Assembly (NCBI GenBank): GCA_963822965.1
Contig: CAWGJT010000015.1
Location: forward strand, 160,001 to 224,000
DNA from: an uncultured delta proteobacterium
GTDB lineage: Bacteria; Myxococcota_A; UBA9160; UBA4427
Length of the DNA stretch: 64,000 nucleotides
Direction: 5' to 3'
Shown: one piece after another, positions 52,208 to 62,885 of the stretch
How positions within the stretch are numbered: position 1 is the stretch's first letter
How the letters are laid out: the number at the start of each line of letters is the position of its first letter
Made by a program: the position numbers and the translations under genes
Notes under the pieces: generated by a model
Database searches by the model: none
The model's input: the letters and a program-made list of their open reading frames with translations, nothing else
What the model was told of the DNA's origin: nothing

Positions 52208-52975
52208 ATGACAAGTGCAGCCGAACAGGACCGTGTCCCGACAACCGAGCGCGAGGCCCTGCCTCTCGTCGTGGTCACGCGCGACTTCGAGATCGACCGC
52301 GGCTCGGTGATCGACGAGGTGGAGCGGGCTGGCTGCCGCGCCCGGATCGAGTCGGTCACCGCGCTGCTCGACGCAGGCGAGCGACTCGACCCCGTCCCCC
52401 AGCTCCTCATCGTGTCGCTTCCCTGGAACGACGCCTGCGAGCTCCTCGAGTTCACGCGTCGCGTCCGCCATGCAGCCGCACCGCAGCGGCTGCCCATCCT
52501 CGGCGTGGTCGACGATCCCGGCACGATGACCACCGATCTCGCCCCGCTGCGCGCGGCCGGCCTCTCGGGCCTGGTGAACCTGAGCGCGGGCCGCGAGCAC
52601 TTCTGCAGGCGCATCGCGCTGGTCACCCGGCCGCTGGCCGTGCGCGCCCGGGAAGCCCGGCTGCCGTGCTTCATCCCCGCGCAGGTCCGCGTGGACGGGC
52701 ATCACCTGGCCGGCGTGGTCGTGAGCCTCTCGCCGGGAGGCGTCCGCCTCGCGTTGCCCCAGGCGTTGGAGTCCAACACGCGGATCGGCCTTCGCTTCCA
52801 GCTCCCCAAGACCGACTCGGAGGTCACCCTGGACGGGCGCGTCACCTTCCTGGCACCGGCCAGCGACGCGCTGCACGATTTCGAGGTGGGCGTCGCGTTC
52901 CTCGATGTGGCGCCGGAGGTGACCGATCGGCTGATCGCGGCGCTCGCAGCCATCCTGCGCGAGATCGAGTGCTGA
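52208..52975 (+). CDS. Degenerate receiver-like + PilZ domain protein
   Basis: RAREARLP, SLSPGGVRL, VGVAFLD; GAGGA RBS. Confidence 0.7.
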   Translation: MTSAAEQDRVPTTEREALPLVVVTRDFEIDRGSVIDEVERAGCRARIESVTALLDAGERLDPVPQLLIVSLPWNDACELLEFTRRVRHAAAPQRLPILGVVDDPGTMTTDLAPLRAAGLSGLVNLSAGREHFCRRIALVTRPLAVRAREARLPCFIPAQVRVDGHHLAGVVVSLSPGGVRLALPQALESNTRIGLRFQLPKTDSEVTLDGRVTFLAPASDALHDFEVGVAFLDVAPEVTDRLIAALAAILREIEC

Positions 52976-53033
52976 GCGGTCGGGCACCTCGGGCAGGCGC
53001 CATGCTCGTCGGACCCCGATTCCCCGAGCCAGC

Positions 53034-54401
53034 ATGCGCGTAGGCCTGGTCGTTCTCGGAGCAACTCTCTCCGGCTGCGCGGCCGCGCTCGACGCGCGCC
53101 GGCTGGGAGCCGACGTCGTGCTCGTCGCCGACCCCTGCGGAGATCAAGGTGGCACCTTCGGTCCGAGGGCGGCCTGCTCCCAGCTCGTGCTGCGCGCCGC
53201 GGCGGCGGCGCTCTCGGAGCGGCGGCACGAGGCGGGCGGGCGGGCCGCCGGCCTCCGCTTCGACCTCCTGTTCGAGCGCGCCGAAGCCGCGGTATCCGCC
53301 TATCTGCGGCGGCTCCATCGACGGCTGATCCGAATGGGCGTACGCATCCAGCCCGATCGCGCGCGCTTCCTCTCACCGCGCGAGATCGCGCTCTCGAGCG
53401 GCCCGCGGATCGTCGCGGACGCGGTGATCGTCGCTACGGGCACTCGCCCCCGACGGCCCGAACGCTTCGCATTCGATGGAGCCACCGTATGCGACCCCGG
53501 CTCGTTGCTCGCGAGAAGAGGCCCGCTTCGCAACGCGCTCGTCATCGGTGCCGAGGGAACGGGCTGCGAGGTAGCGTCGATCCTGGCGGCCGAGGGTGCC
53601 TGCGTGACACTGCTCGACCGCAGGCGCCGCTTCCTCCGCTCAGTCGACGGTGACGTCCGGGACTTCCTGCACGCGGGCTTTCGCGAAGCCGGCGTCGAGG
53701 TCGTCCTGGGAGAGGCGATCCGATCGCTGGAAGTCGTCGGCCAGCGCGGCGAGTGCCACGCCATGGTCGAGCTGGTCAGCGGCCCGATCGAGCGCTGCGA
53801 TTGCGTCGTCGTCGACGCCGGAGACCTGCCGGCCACGACGGAGATCGAGCTCGAGCGGACGAACGTCGAGACCGATCCAAGGGGCTTCGTCACTGTCGAC
53901 GAGTGGGGTCGGACGTCCGAGCCTTCGGTGTACGCGGTGGGGCGGGTGACCGGTCCCGACTTCGCCTCGCACGAGTCGTGGAGCCAGGGGTGCATCGTGG
54001 CGCGAACCGCACTGGACCTTCCGTCCCACCCGAACGATGTCGTATCGGGAGCCTGGCAGACGGTGCCTCCGATCGGGAGCGTCGGCCTGACGGACGAGGC
54101 CTGCGCCCGGCTCGACGTTCCACATCGCGTCGGAAAGGCCGAGTACTCGGATTCCCTCTGGGCGAGCCTCAACGGTCTGTCCAAAGGACTCGTCAAGCTC
54201 GTAGCCGGCCACGACGGCGGACTCCTGGGCATCCATGTCATCGGCCCGCGCGCGCACGAGATCATCGAACTGGGCTGCCGGCTCGCCCGGGACGGGGAGA
54301 CCCTCGAGAACCTGGGCTCGTCCGCCGCGAGCTGCGGCAGCGGCGAGATGTATCGCCTCGCCGCATTGGACGCCCTCGGATCCGCCGCACGCGGCTCGTG
54401 A
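53034..54401 (+). CDS. Divergent soluble pyridine-nucleotide transhydrogenase (SthA)-like flavoprotein
   Basis: [50 protein letters not shown]. Confidence 0.72.
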   Translation: MRVGLVVLGATLSGCAAALDARRLGADVVLVADPCGDQGGTFGPRAACSQLVLRAAAAALSERRHEAGGRAAGLRFDLLFERAEAAVSAYLRRLHRRLIRMGVRIQPDRARFLSPREIALSSGPRIVADAVIVATGTRPRRPERFAFDGATVCDPGSLLARRGPLRNALVIGAEGTGCEVASILAAEGACVTLLDRRRRFLRSVDGDVRDFLHAGFREAGVEVVLGEAIRSLEVVGQRGECHAMVELVSGPIERCDCVVVDAGDLPATTEIELERTNVETDPRGFVTVDEWGRTSEPSVYAVGRVTGPDFASHESWSQGCIVARTALDLPSHPNDVVSGAWQTVPPIGSVGLTDEACARLDVPHRVGKAEYSDSLWASLNGLSKGLVKLVAGHDGGLLGIHVIGPRAHEIIELGCRLARDGETLENLGSSAASCGSGEMYRLAALDALGSAARGS

Positions 54402-54560
54402 GCCCGGAGCGACCGGACTCGATCCGACACGGACCGAGGCGACGATGCGGGCAGCCGGCCGCCCGAGACGGGACGGCCTCGTGGCGGCCATCCCCCCGGA
54501 CCCGGTCGATGCCGCCGTGGATCGACTCCCAGGACCGTCTCCCCAAGGGGACCCCGGAGC

Positions 54561-54587
54561 TGTCGAATCCCCGGCACCCCGAACGTC
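54561..54587 (+). promoter_or_regulatory. Putative ECF42-type promoter
   Basis: TGTCGA-N17-CGTC about 40 nt upstream of an operon ending in an ECF42-like sigma. Confidence 0.65.
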
Positions 54588-54628
54588 ACGGACATGGAAT
54601 CCTACAGACCGGCCCGGGAGGAACGACG

Positions 54629-55740
<1,112 letters not shown>

Positions 55741-55744
<4 letters not shown>

Positions 55745-56037
55745 TCCGGGTCGTCCTGCCCGCCCATCTTCGGAAGCTGGCCGGTGTCTCCGGCGAGGTG
55801 CGGCTCACCGTCCCCGAGCCCGTCACCCAGCGCGCCCTCCTCGACGCGCTCGAGTCGGGTCATCCCGTGCTGCGCGGGACGATCCGCGATCACGGCACGA
55901 AGCAGCGCCGGGCCTTCGTGCGATTCTTCGCGTGCGGGGAGGACTTGAGCCACGAGCCTCCCGACGCGAAGCTGCCCGACGCCGTCGCGACGGGCGCGGA
56001 GCCGTTTCGCGTCGTGGGTGCGATGGCGGGCGGATGA
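55741..56037 (+). CDS. MoaD/ThiS-family ubiquitin-like protein
   Basis: [19 protein letters not shown]-terminal AMAGG; ATGA overlap. Confidence 0.88.
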
Positions 56038-56108
56038 AGCGCCCGCGAGGCCTCGGCCGAGGATGACGCGAGCGCCGAGAGAGGATCAGAGAAGAGAGAG
56101 GAGAGTCC

Positions 56109-56444
56109 ATGCAATTCATGCTGCTGATCTACGAAGACGATGCGGAGCGGGTCGAGAAGATGGACGAGCGCATGCCCCGCTGCGCCGCCTACGCGCAGGC
56201 GATGGAGAAGGCCGGGATCTACCAGGGCGGGGAGCGGCTGCGCGGCGTCAGCACCGCGACCACCGTCAGCGTGGTGGACGGCAAGACCCACGTGTTCGAC
56301 GGGCCCTACGCCGAAGCGAAGGAGCAGCTCGGCGGCTTCCACCTCATCGACGTCCCCGACCTCGACACGGCCCTCCAGTGGGCCGCCCGCTGCCCGAGCG
56401 CCAGCCGGGGTCGGGTCGAGGTGCGTCCGGTCTGGCCGCGGTAG
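56109..56444 (+). CDS. YCII/DGPF family protein
   Basis: FMLLIY, DGPYAEAKEQLGGF, VEVRP. Confidence 0.9.
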   Translation: MQFMLLIYEDDAERVEKMDERMPRCAAYAQAMEKAGIYQGGERLRGVSTATTVSVVDGKTHVFDGPYAEAKEQLGGFHLIDVPDLDTALQWAARCPSASRGRVEVRPVWPR

Positions 56445-56494
56445 CGCGGCGCACCGGTGCTGCGGGCCGCGAAGGACCGGGCACCGATGACCCC

Positions 56495-57751
56495 ATGTCG
56501 AGCGAACCGGACGCGACGGCGCGCGACGCCGCCGAGGCGGTCGCGCGCCGCAGCTACGGCCGGCTCCTCGCCCTGCTGGCGGCGCGGACCCGGGACGTCG
56601 CCGGTGCGGAGGACGCGCTCGCCGAGGCCTTCGCGACGGCCCTCGTCGACTGGCCGGCGCACGGGGTGCCGCGCAATCCCGAGGCGTGGCTGACGACCGT
56701 GGCCCGGCGCAAGTGGATCGACGCGACGCGACGCCACCGAAGCGCCGCAGGGGCCGCCGACCACCTGCGCCTCGTCGCCGAGGAGATGGCGGCGGCCGCC
56801 TCGGGCACGAGCCCAGTGCCGGACGAGCGCCTCACGCTCATGTTCGCGTGCGCCCATCCCGCGATCGATCCCGGCGTCCGGGCGCCGCTCATCCTGCAGA
56901 CGATCCTCGGCTTCGACGCCGCCGCAATCGGCTCGCACTTCCTCGTCTCGCCCGCCACCATGGGCCAGCGGCTGGTGCGCGCCAAGAGGAAGATCCGAGA
57001 GGCCGGCATTCCGTTCGTCGTACCCGAGGGCGGGGACCTCGCCGCGCGCCTCGAGGCCGTGCTCGAGGCCATCTACGCCACCTTCTCCGAAGGGTGGTCG
57101 GAGGTCGCCGGCAGCGAGCGCCGCAGCCGCAATCTCGCCGAGGAAGGCATCTGGCTGGGTCGCCTGGCGGTCTCGCTGCTGCCGAGCGAGCCCGAAGCGC
57201 TCGGCCTGCTCGCGCTGATGCTCCACGCCCATGCCCGGCGCGAGTCGCGACGGGACGCCCGGGGTCACTACGTGCCCCTCACGGATCAGGATCCCGCGAC
57301 CTGGGACGGCGACATGATCGACGAAGCCGAGGCCCTGCTGCGCCACGCCAGCGACCTGCCCGGCGGCGGTCGCTACCAGCTGGAAGCGGCGGTGCAGTCT
57401 GCCCACGCCGTGCGTCGGATCGCGGGCCGTTCGGACTGGCCAGCGATCGAGCGCATCTACGACGCGCTGCTCGTCATGACCGGCTCGCCGGTCGTGGCGA
57501 TCAACCGGGCCGTCGCCGTCGCCGAGACGCGCGGAGCGGCCGCCGGCCTCGAGTCGCTCGATGCGTTCGCCGCCGACCCGCGGCTCACCAGTCACCAGCC
57601 GTACTGGGCCGCTCGCGCCTGGCTGCTGGCCCGATCGGGCGACGTCGAAGCTGCCGACGACGCCTACGCGCGGGCCATCGGCCTGGAGACCGACCCGGCG
57701 GTGCGCCGCTTCCTCGAGGCGAGGCGCAGCGCACTGCCGGGGCGGGGCTAG
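56495..57751 (+). CDS. ECF sigma factor with long TPR-like C-terminal extension (ECF42-like)
   Basis: GVPRNPEAWL, MFACAHPA, MGQRLVRAK, YQLEAA, SPVVAINRAVA. Confidence 0.88.
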   Translation: MSSEPDATARDAAEAVARRSYGRLLALLAARTRDVAGAEDALAEAFATALVDWPAHGVPRNPEAWLTTVARRKWIDATRRHRSAAGAADHLRLVAEEMAAAASGTSPVPDERLTLMFACAHPAIDPGVRAPLILQTILGFDAAAIGSHFLVSPATMGQRLVRAKRKIREAGIPFVVPEGGDLAARLEAVLEAIYATFSEGWSEVAGSERRSRNLAEEGIWLGRLAVSLLPSEPEALGLLALMLHAHARRESRRDARGHYVPLTDQDPATWDGDMIDEAEALLRHASDLPGGGRYQLEAAVQSAHAVRRIAGRSDWPAIERIYDALLVMTGSPVVAINRAVAVAETRGAAAGLESLDAFAADPRLTSHQPYWAARAWLLARSGDVEAADDAYARAIGLETDPAVRRFLEARRSALPGRG

Positions 57752-57753
57752 CG

Positions 57754-58953
57754 TCACTCGCTGCGGCCGGCCCGCTCTCGCTCGGCCCGGATCGCCATCA
57801 TCTCCTCGTACGTGTACCAGGTCTCGTCGTCCCGGGGGCCCTCGCGCAGGCGAGGTCCGTCCACGAGCACGAATCCGCCGCCCGCCGTCTCGGCGAAGCG
57901 TCGCGTGTCCTGCTGCCGCTGCCACTCCGCCAGCCGGGCCGTCTCCTTCTCCTCGATCTCTTCGGGGGTGGGCGGCGGGGACGGCAAGAAGAGAGGCTCG
58001 GGAGCGGGCCCGGTCTGGGACGTCCCGGACGCGACCGCCGAACCCACGTAGGGCGTGCCGAAGAAGGTGAGGAGCCCATCCTCGCGGCGTCGAAGCCAGA
58101 TGCGCTTCCGCGAATAGTCGATGCGCAGGACGAAGTGGGCCAGGACGTCCGATCCCAGCACCGAGTCCGTCGGGCCGCCCTGGTTGTAGAGGCCCCTGGG
58201 CACGATCGCGATGGGCTGCCCGGGAAGCTCGAAGCCCGCGAAGCGAAGCGTCTTCGACTCGTAGACGAGGGCGTCGACGGGACCGAGAACGCCCGTCAGG
58301 CCCGAGAGCTCCGGGAGCCCTTCGATTCCGATTCCCGCCTCGCGCGCAAGCGGGCCCGAGAGCAGGGTGCCCGTGGAGCCGGTGTCGAGCATCGCCTGCA
58401 CCGTCCGGCCGTCGACCTCGAAGGGGACGAGGATGCGGGTACCGTTGCGCCGGAACGCGATCACCCCTTCGCCGGGCACCGACGTCTCCCGGGGCACCTC
58501 GAGCTTCCGGCGGTCGTAGAAGCGGACGAAGCGGCCCGGGTAGTCGATCTCCACCACGTAGTCGTCCAGGAAGTCCGCCCCCAGCAGGGCGTACTCGAAG
58601 GACCGGGCCCCGGTGTCGCTGCTGCTCGTGTTCACCCAGAACGCGAGGTCCCGGCCCAGCAGCGTCCTGCGACGGTAGGCGCTGGACTTGAGGGCTCGAA
58701 CGCTGACCCCCATGCGACGCGCCTCGCGAGGTGTCACCACCGTCGCGGACGCCCCGGTGTCCAGCTCGAACACGAACGGGCGGCTGCCCTCGGGCGCCAG
58801 ATCGATCACGACGCGGCCTGGCGGCGTGTCGGGATGGAACGGCACGCTGGCGAGCAGCGCGTCGGGCGGCGGATCCTCCGAACGGGCGAGCCGCGCGGAA
58901 GCCAGCAGGAGAGCGCACGAGACGGCAACCAGGGCTCCGAACCATCGGGCCAT
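57754..58953 (-). CDS. Secreted retropepsin-like aspartyl protease (two domains)
   Basis: Signal peptide; LDTGAS...LLGADFL and LDTGST...VLGSDVL. Confidence 0.85.
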   Translation of the reverse strand: MARWFGALVAVSCALLLASARLARSEDPPPDALLASVPFHPDTPPGRVVIDLAPEGSRPFVFELDTGASATVVTPREARRMGVSVRALKSSAYRRRTLLGRDLAFWVNTSSSDTGARSFEYALLGADFLDDYVVEIDYPGRFVRFYDRRKLEVPRETSVPGEGVIAFRRNGTRILVPFEVDGRTVQAMLDTGSTGTLLSGPLAREAGIGIEGLPELSGLTGVLGPVDALVYESKTLRFAGFELPGQPIAIVPRGLYNQGGPTDSVLGSDVLAHFVLRIDYSRKRIWLRRREDGLLTFFGTPYVGSAVASGTSQTGPAPEPLFLPSPPPTPEEIEEKETARLAEWQRQQDTRRFAETAGGGFVLVDGPRLREGPRDDETWYTYEEMMAIRAERERAGRSE

Positions 58954-59022
58954 GGGTTCGTTGTACACCGAGGGGGGTCGCATGGGAAGCCCCGACCGGG
59001 CGCGCCGCCCTCCGCCGGCCCC

Positions 59023-59583
59023 TCAGCGGACGAGGCGAACCGCGCGCGCCTCGCACGCTCGCAGCAGCGCCTCCGGCGCCAGCTCGACCTCGACGCCCCG
59101 CCGCCCGCCACTCACGTAGATCCGCTCGAAGCCGAGGGCGGACGCATCGACGAACGTGGGAAGCCGCCGGCGCTGGCCGAGGGGGCTGATCCCCCCGAGC
59201 ACGTATCCGGTTGCGCGCTCGGCCTCCCGGGGCGGCGCCATCTGCGCCCGCTTCGCCCCGCTCGCAGCCGCGAGGAGCTTCAGGTCGAGCTGCGCCGACA
59301 CCGGAACGACGGCCACGACGAGGAGAGAGCCTTCGAGCTTCGCCCCGAAAGAGCCTTCGAGCTTCGCCCCGAAAGAGCCTTCGAGCTTCGCCCCGAAAGA
59401 GCCTTCGAGCTTCGTTCGGAGCGGGCCTTCGAGCTTCGCCACGAGCGTCTTGAACACCCGATCGGGAGGCACCCCGAGCGCCTCCGACGCCCGGGCACCG
59501 AAGCGGACGTCGCCTGCGGGCTCGAACTCATGAACGGTGAAGTCGAGCCCCAGCGCCTCTGCCTGCAGGATGGCCGGCGTCAC
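59023..59583 (-). CDS. ybaK: Cys-tRNA(Pro) deacylase with internal repeat insertion
   Basis: TPAI, VFKTL, LDLK, TGYVLGGISPLGQ, VSGGRRG. Confidence 0.88.
   Translation of the reverse strand: MTPAILQAEALGLDFTVHEFEPAGDVRFGARASEALGVPPDRVFKTLVAKLEGPLRTKLEGSFGAKLEGSFGAKLEGSFGAKLEGSLLVVAVVPVSAQLDLKLLAAASGAKRAQMAPPREAERATGYVLGGISPLGQRRRLPTFVDASALGFERIYVSGGRRGVEVELAPEALLRACEARAVRLVR
59327..59440. repeat. 24-bp tandem repeat (3 perfect + 1 variant + 1 partial)
   Basis: Unit GAGCCTTCGAGCTTCGCCCCGAAA; encodes KLEGSFGA on the minus strand. Confidence 0.95.
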
Positions 59584-59711
59584 GGCACTGCTCCAATGCA
59601 CGAGGCAGGCCGTCTCGCCTCCTCCGGGGGGCAGGAAGCCAGAGAAATCGGGCGATCGCAAGTCCTCGGGCGTGCCTTCGCCGCCATCCTCGCCCAATCT
59701 CTGCCCCGCCC

Positions 59712-60947
59712 ATGGACTTCCACTCCGAGCCGTTCGCCGTCCCGGTGGTGCTGATCGGCGTCGTCGTCGTCGTCGGCCTGCTGCTGCAGGCCGGTCTGCG
59801 CCGGACGGCCGTGCCCACGGTGGTCGTCTACCTGGGTCTCGGCTTCGCGTTGGCCGTCGCCGACTGGCGCACGGGCTGGGTGGGCGACTCGGGACGCGAC
59901 GCGATCGAGTTCCTGGGCAGCGTCGGGCTCATCTTCCTGCTGTTCCGGGTGGGTCTCGAGAGCAACGTCGCGAAGCTGCTCGGGCTCCTGCGGGGCAGCC
60001 TGATCGTCTGGATCGCCGACATCGGCGTGAGCGCCAGCCTGGGCTTCGTCGCGAGCCGCTACGTACTGGGGCTCGAGCTGCTGCCCTGCCTCTTCGTCGC
60101 GGTGGCGATGAGCGCCACCAGCGTAGGCGTCGGCGTTGCCGTGTGGCGCGAGGAGCGGGCGCTGGACGCCACCCGGGGACAGCTGCTCCTCGACGTGGCG
60201 GAGCTCGACGACATCTCCGGCATCGTGCTGATGGCGGTTCTCTTCGCCGTCGCGCCGGTGCTGCAGGACGGCCGCGTCGGCGAGCTGCTTCCGACGGTGG
60301 CCTGGACGGCGGGCGAAGTGCTGGCGCGTCTCGCGCTCTTCGGGCTCGCCGTCGCCGCCTTTGCGCACTTCGTGGAGGCGCCGCTCACGCGCCTGGTCAC
60401 GCGGCTCGAGCTTCCGCCCGATCGCCTGCTCACGGTGATCAGCATCGGGATGATCCTGGCCGCGGCAGCCGGAGCACTCGGCTTCTCGTTCGCGATCGGC
60501 GCCTTCTTCGCCGGGCTCGCCTTCAGCCGCGACCCCGAAGCGGTGAAGCTCGACACCTACTTCGATCCGCTCTACGACTTCTTCGCGCCCTTCTTCTTCA
60601 TCGCGATCGGGATGCGCGTCGACCCGGGCAGTCTGTCGACGTCGCTGCCGTTGGGCCTCCTGCTGTTCGGGGTGGCCGCAGCCGGCAAGCTGATGGGCGC
60701 GGGAGGCGGGAGCCTGGCGGAGCTGCCGCCCCGCGACGCCGCCCTGGTCGGCCTGGGCATGATCCCCCGCGCCGAGATCGCGCTCGTGATCATGCAGCAC
60801 GGCATGTTGCTGGGGGCGGGAGCCGTCTCCGGGGAGCTCTTCTCCGCCATGGTGCTGGTGTCGATCCTGACCTGCCTCTTTTCGTCCATCGCCACCCGCG
60901 TCGTGCTGCGACGCGAAGCCGCCTCAGTCCCGACCCGGGGCGTCTAG
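59712..60947 (+). CDS. Cation:proton antiporter (CPA2 family)
   Basis: Multiple TMs; LFRVGLE, SATSVG, ELDDI, GAFFAG, MIPRAEI. Confidence 0.88.
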   Translation: MDFHSEPFAVPVVLIGVVVVVGLLLQAGLRRTAVPTVVVYLGLGFALAVADWRTGWVGDSGRDAIEFLGSVGLIFLLFRVGLESNVAKLLGLLRGSLIVWIADIGVSASLGFVASRYVLGLELLPCLFVAVAMSATSVGVGVAVWREERALDATRGQLLLDVAELDDISGIVLMAVLFAVAPVLQDGRVGELLPTVAWTAGEVLARLALFGLAVAAFAHFVEAPLTRLVTRLELPPDRLLTVISIGMILAAAAGALGFSFAIGAFFAGLAFSRDPEAVKLDTYFDPLYDFFAPFFFIAIGMRVDPGSLSTSLPLGLLLFGVAAAGKLMGAGGGSLAELPPRDAALVGLGMIPRAEIALVIMQHGMLLGAGAVSGELFSAMVLVSILTCLFSSIATRVVLRREAASVPTRGV

Positions 60948-61102
60948 CCTGATCCGTCACGCGGATCCGGAGCACGATGGGAAGCGCCCCCCTGCGTTCC
61001 TGCGCCAGCACGTGGCCGAAAGACACAGAGTTGCGTCATTGCTGCCGGTCACGAAAGAGGCCGCTCCTCAAGCGTCGATGCGATTCGGACGATCCCGTCG
61101 TC

Positions 61103-61618
61103 ATGCGCGCTCGGTCGCTTCTTCTCGGTGTCACCCTGGCCTGCCTGCTCGTGGGACCCGCGGCGCGGTCCGAGATGTACCGTTACGTCGACTCCGAGGG
61201 CAGGCTCCACTTCACCCAGGACATCGGCCAGGTGCCCCCCGAGTACCGCGACCAGGTAGAGACCCAGGTGCTCGAACGCGAGATCAGCATCACGGGAGAG
61301 GGTCACGGGCAGAGCGACGATCAGCGGGTCCAGGAGATGAAGAAGCGCGCCAGCCAGCTCCAGCGCAACGCACGGCGCAGAGCGCGCACGGCGGGAGCTC
61401 GGACGGCACCCGTGCCCGCAGCGCTGCGGCCCGCGGACCCCCTGCTCGGCGCTCCCGAGCCCAGGAAGTACGACAAGAAGTGCTGGTGGGAGACGAGGAG
61501 CGACGGGCAGCAGCGCAGGAAGTGCGTGAAGTCCGTCACCGCCGAATGGCGCGCATGGGACATCGCGAACGGCGGCGGCCATGGCCGGCCGACGACCCGG
61601 CGGCGGGTCGGCGAGTAG
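61103..61618 (+). CDS. DUF4124 domain-containing secreted protein
   Basis: Signal peptide then MYRYVDSEGRLHFTQD...VPPEYR. Confidence 0.75.
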   Translation: MRARSLLLGVTLACLLVGPAARSEMYRYVDSEGRLHFTQDIGQVPPEYRDQVETQVLEREISITGEGHGQSDDQRVQEMKKRASQLQRNARRRARTAGARTAPVPAALRPADPLLGAPEPRKYDKKCWWETRSDGQQRRKCVKSVTAEWRAWDIANGGGHGRPTTRRRVGE

Positions 61619-61648
61619 CCCCCGGGAGGCGCCGGGCCCCCGGTGCTC

Positions 61649-62523
61649 TCACAATCGCGGGTGGTCGATCCGCTTCATCCCGATCCGCAGCAGGTGCGTC
61701 GCGCCCAGCTGCCAACCGCGGACGCACAGGTCGAGATAGCGCTCGTAGCGGTCGACCAGCTCGCCGCCGGCGACCGCCACCGCCTCGTCGCGGTTCGCCC
61801 GCAGCCGCTCGAGCCAGACCGCGCAGGTGCGCTCGTAGTCCCTGCGGTCGTTCCGCACGCGGACGATCTCGAAGCGCCGCTCGCTGGCCTCGGCGAGCTC
61901 GGCCAGGCGGACGAACTCGGATTCGGGGAAGATGTCCCTGGCGATGAAGCTGTTCGCGAAGTCCTCGCGCTTCAGGTTGCCGTAGGCGATGGCCTGCAGG
62001 GACATCCAGCCGCCGGGCTTCAGCCATTCGTGGCAGCGGGCGAAGAAGGCGCGGTAGCTCTGCATCTTCTCCGCGGGCGAGATCTCCGGCTTCGCGAAGT
62101 GCTCCATCGCCCCCAGCGAGATGATCGCGTCGTAGGGCTCGTCGGGCTCGTGCTCGGACCAGCCCTGCAGGTGGACGCGGATGCGCGGATCGGAGCGGCC
62201 GCCGATCCACTTGGCCTGGGCCTCGCTCAGGGTGAGGCCGACGGCCTCCTGCACTCCGTGTGCGGATACCAGGCGCTCGAGCACCGAGCCCCAGCCGCAG
62301 CCGACGTCGAGCACGCGTCTGGCGCCGTGGGCGCGCGCCTGCTCGATGTGGAAGTCGAGCTTCCGCAGCTGCGCCGATTCCAGCGACTCGTCGGATCGTC
62401 GGCCTCGTAAAGGGCGCCGGAGTAGGTGAGGCTCTCGTCGAGCCAGAGGCGGTAGAAGTCGTTGCCCGCGTCGTAGTGGTGCCGGATCGCCGGGCCGGAG
62501 GCACCGAGATTTTCAGATCCCAT
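61649..62523 (-). CDS. Cyclopropane-fatty-acid synthase-family methyltransferase; frameshift near 62393
   Basis: IRHHYDAGNDFYRLWLDESLTYS, then AQLRKL, LDVGCGWG, TLSEAQ, EHF, IFP in the shifted frame. Confidence 0.82.
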
Positions 62524-62816
62524 GCGGACATCATACTCCCTTCGAGCCGATCCGCGTCCGCGAATTCGCTGGGCTCGAGCCGAAATCGATCGGTGGACAC
62601 AGCGAATTGTCACGACGACCGGACCGCGCGCGCACTCGGGGAAAACCCTTGCCGGGGGCGAGGCATCGAGCACCCACCGCGGGTTCGTCGAAGAGACCGC
62701 CGGCCATCACGGCCATTTCGTCGAACCCGCTCGGTTCCCGAGCACATTCGGCGGTGCGACGAGTCGAAGACGGCTTCGGCCGCGCGGCTCGATCGCGTCT
62801 GCAGGTGGGAATCCGC

Positions 62817-62850
62817 TTGAAGCCGCTCTCCTGTGCGAATAGAATTCGCA
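62817..62850 (+). promoter_or_regulatory. sigma70 promoter with operator over the -10 box
   Basis: TTGAAG-N17-TAGAAT; TGCGAAT-AGA-ATTCGCA palindrome at 62834-62850. Confidence 0.6.
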
Positions 62851-62885
62851 GGGTCGGGGTCGTTCCGTCCTCGGAGAGGTCGAGA

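Noticed and set aside
59327..59440. Possible CRISPR array
   Set aside because: Units are contiguous with no unique spacers, lie in frame within ybaK, and no cas genes are present
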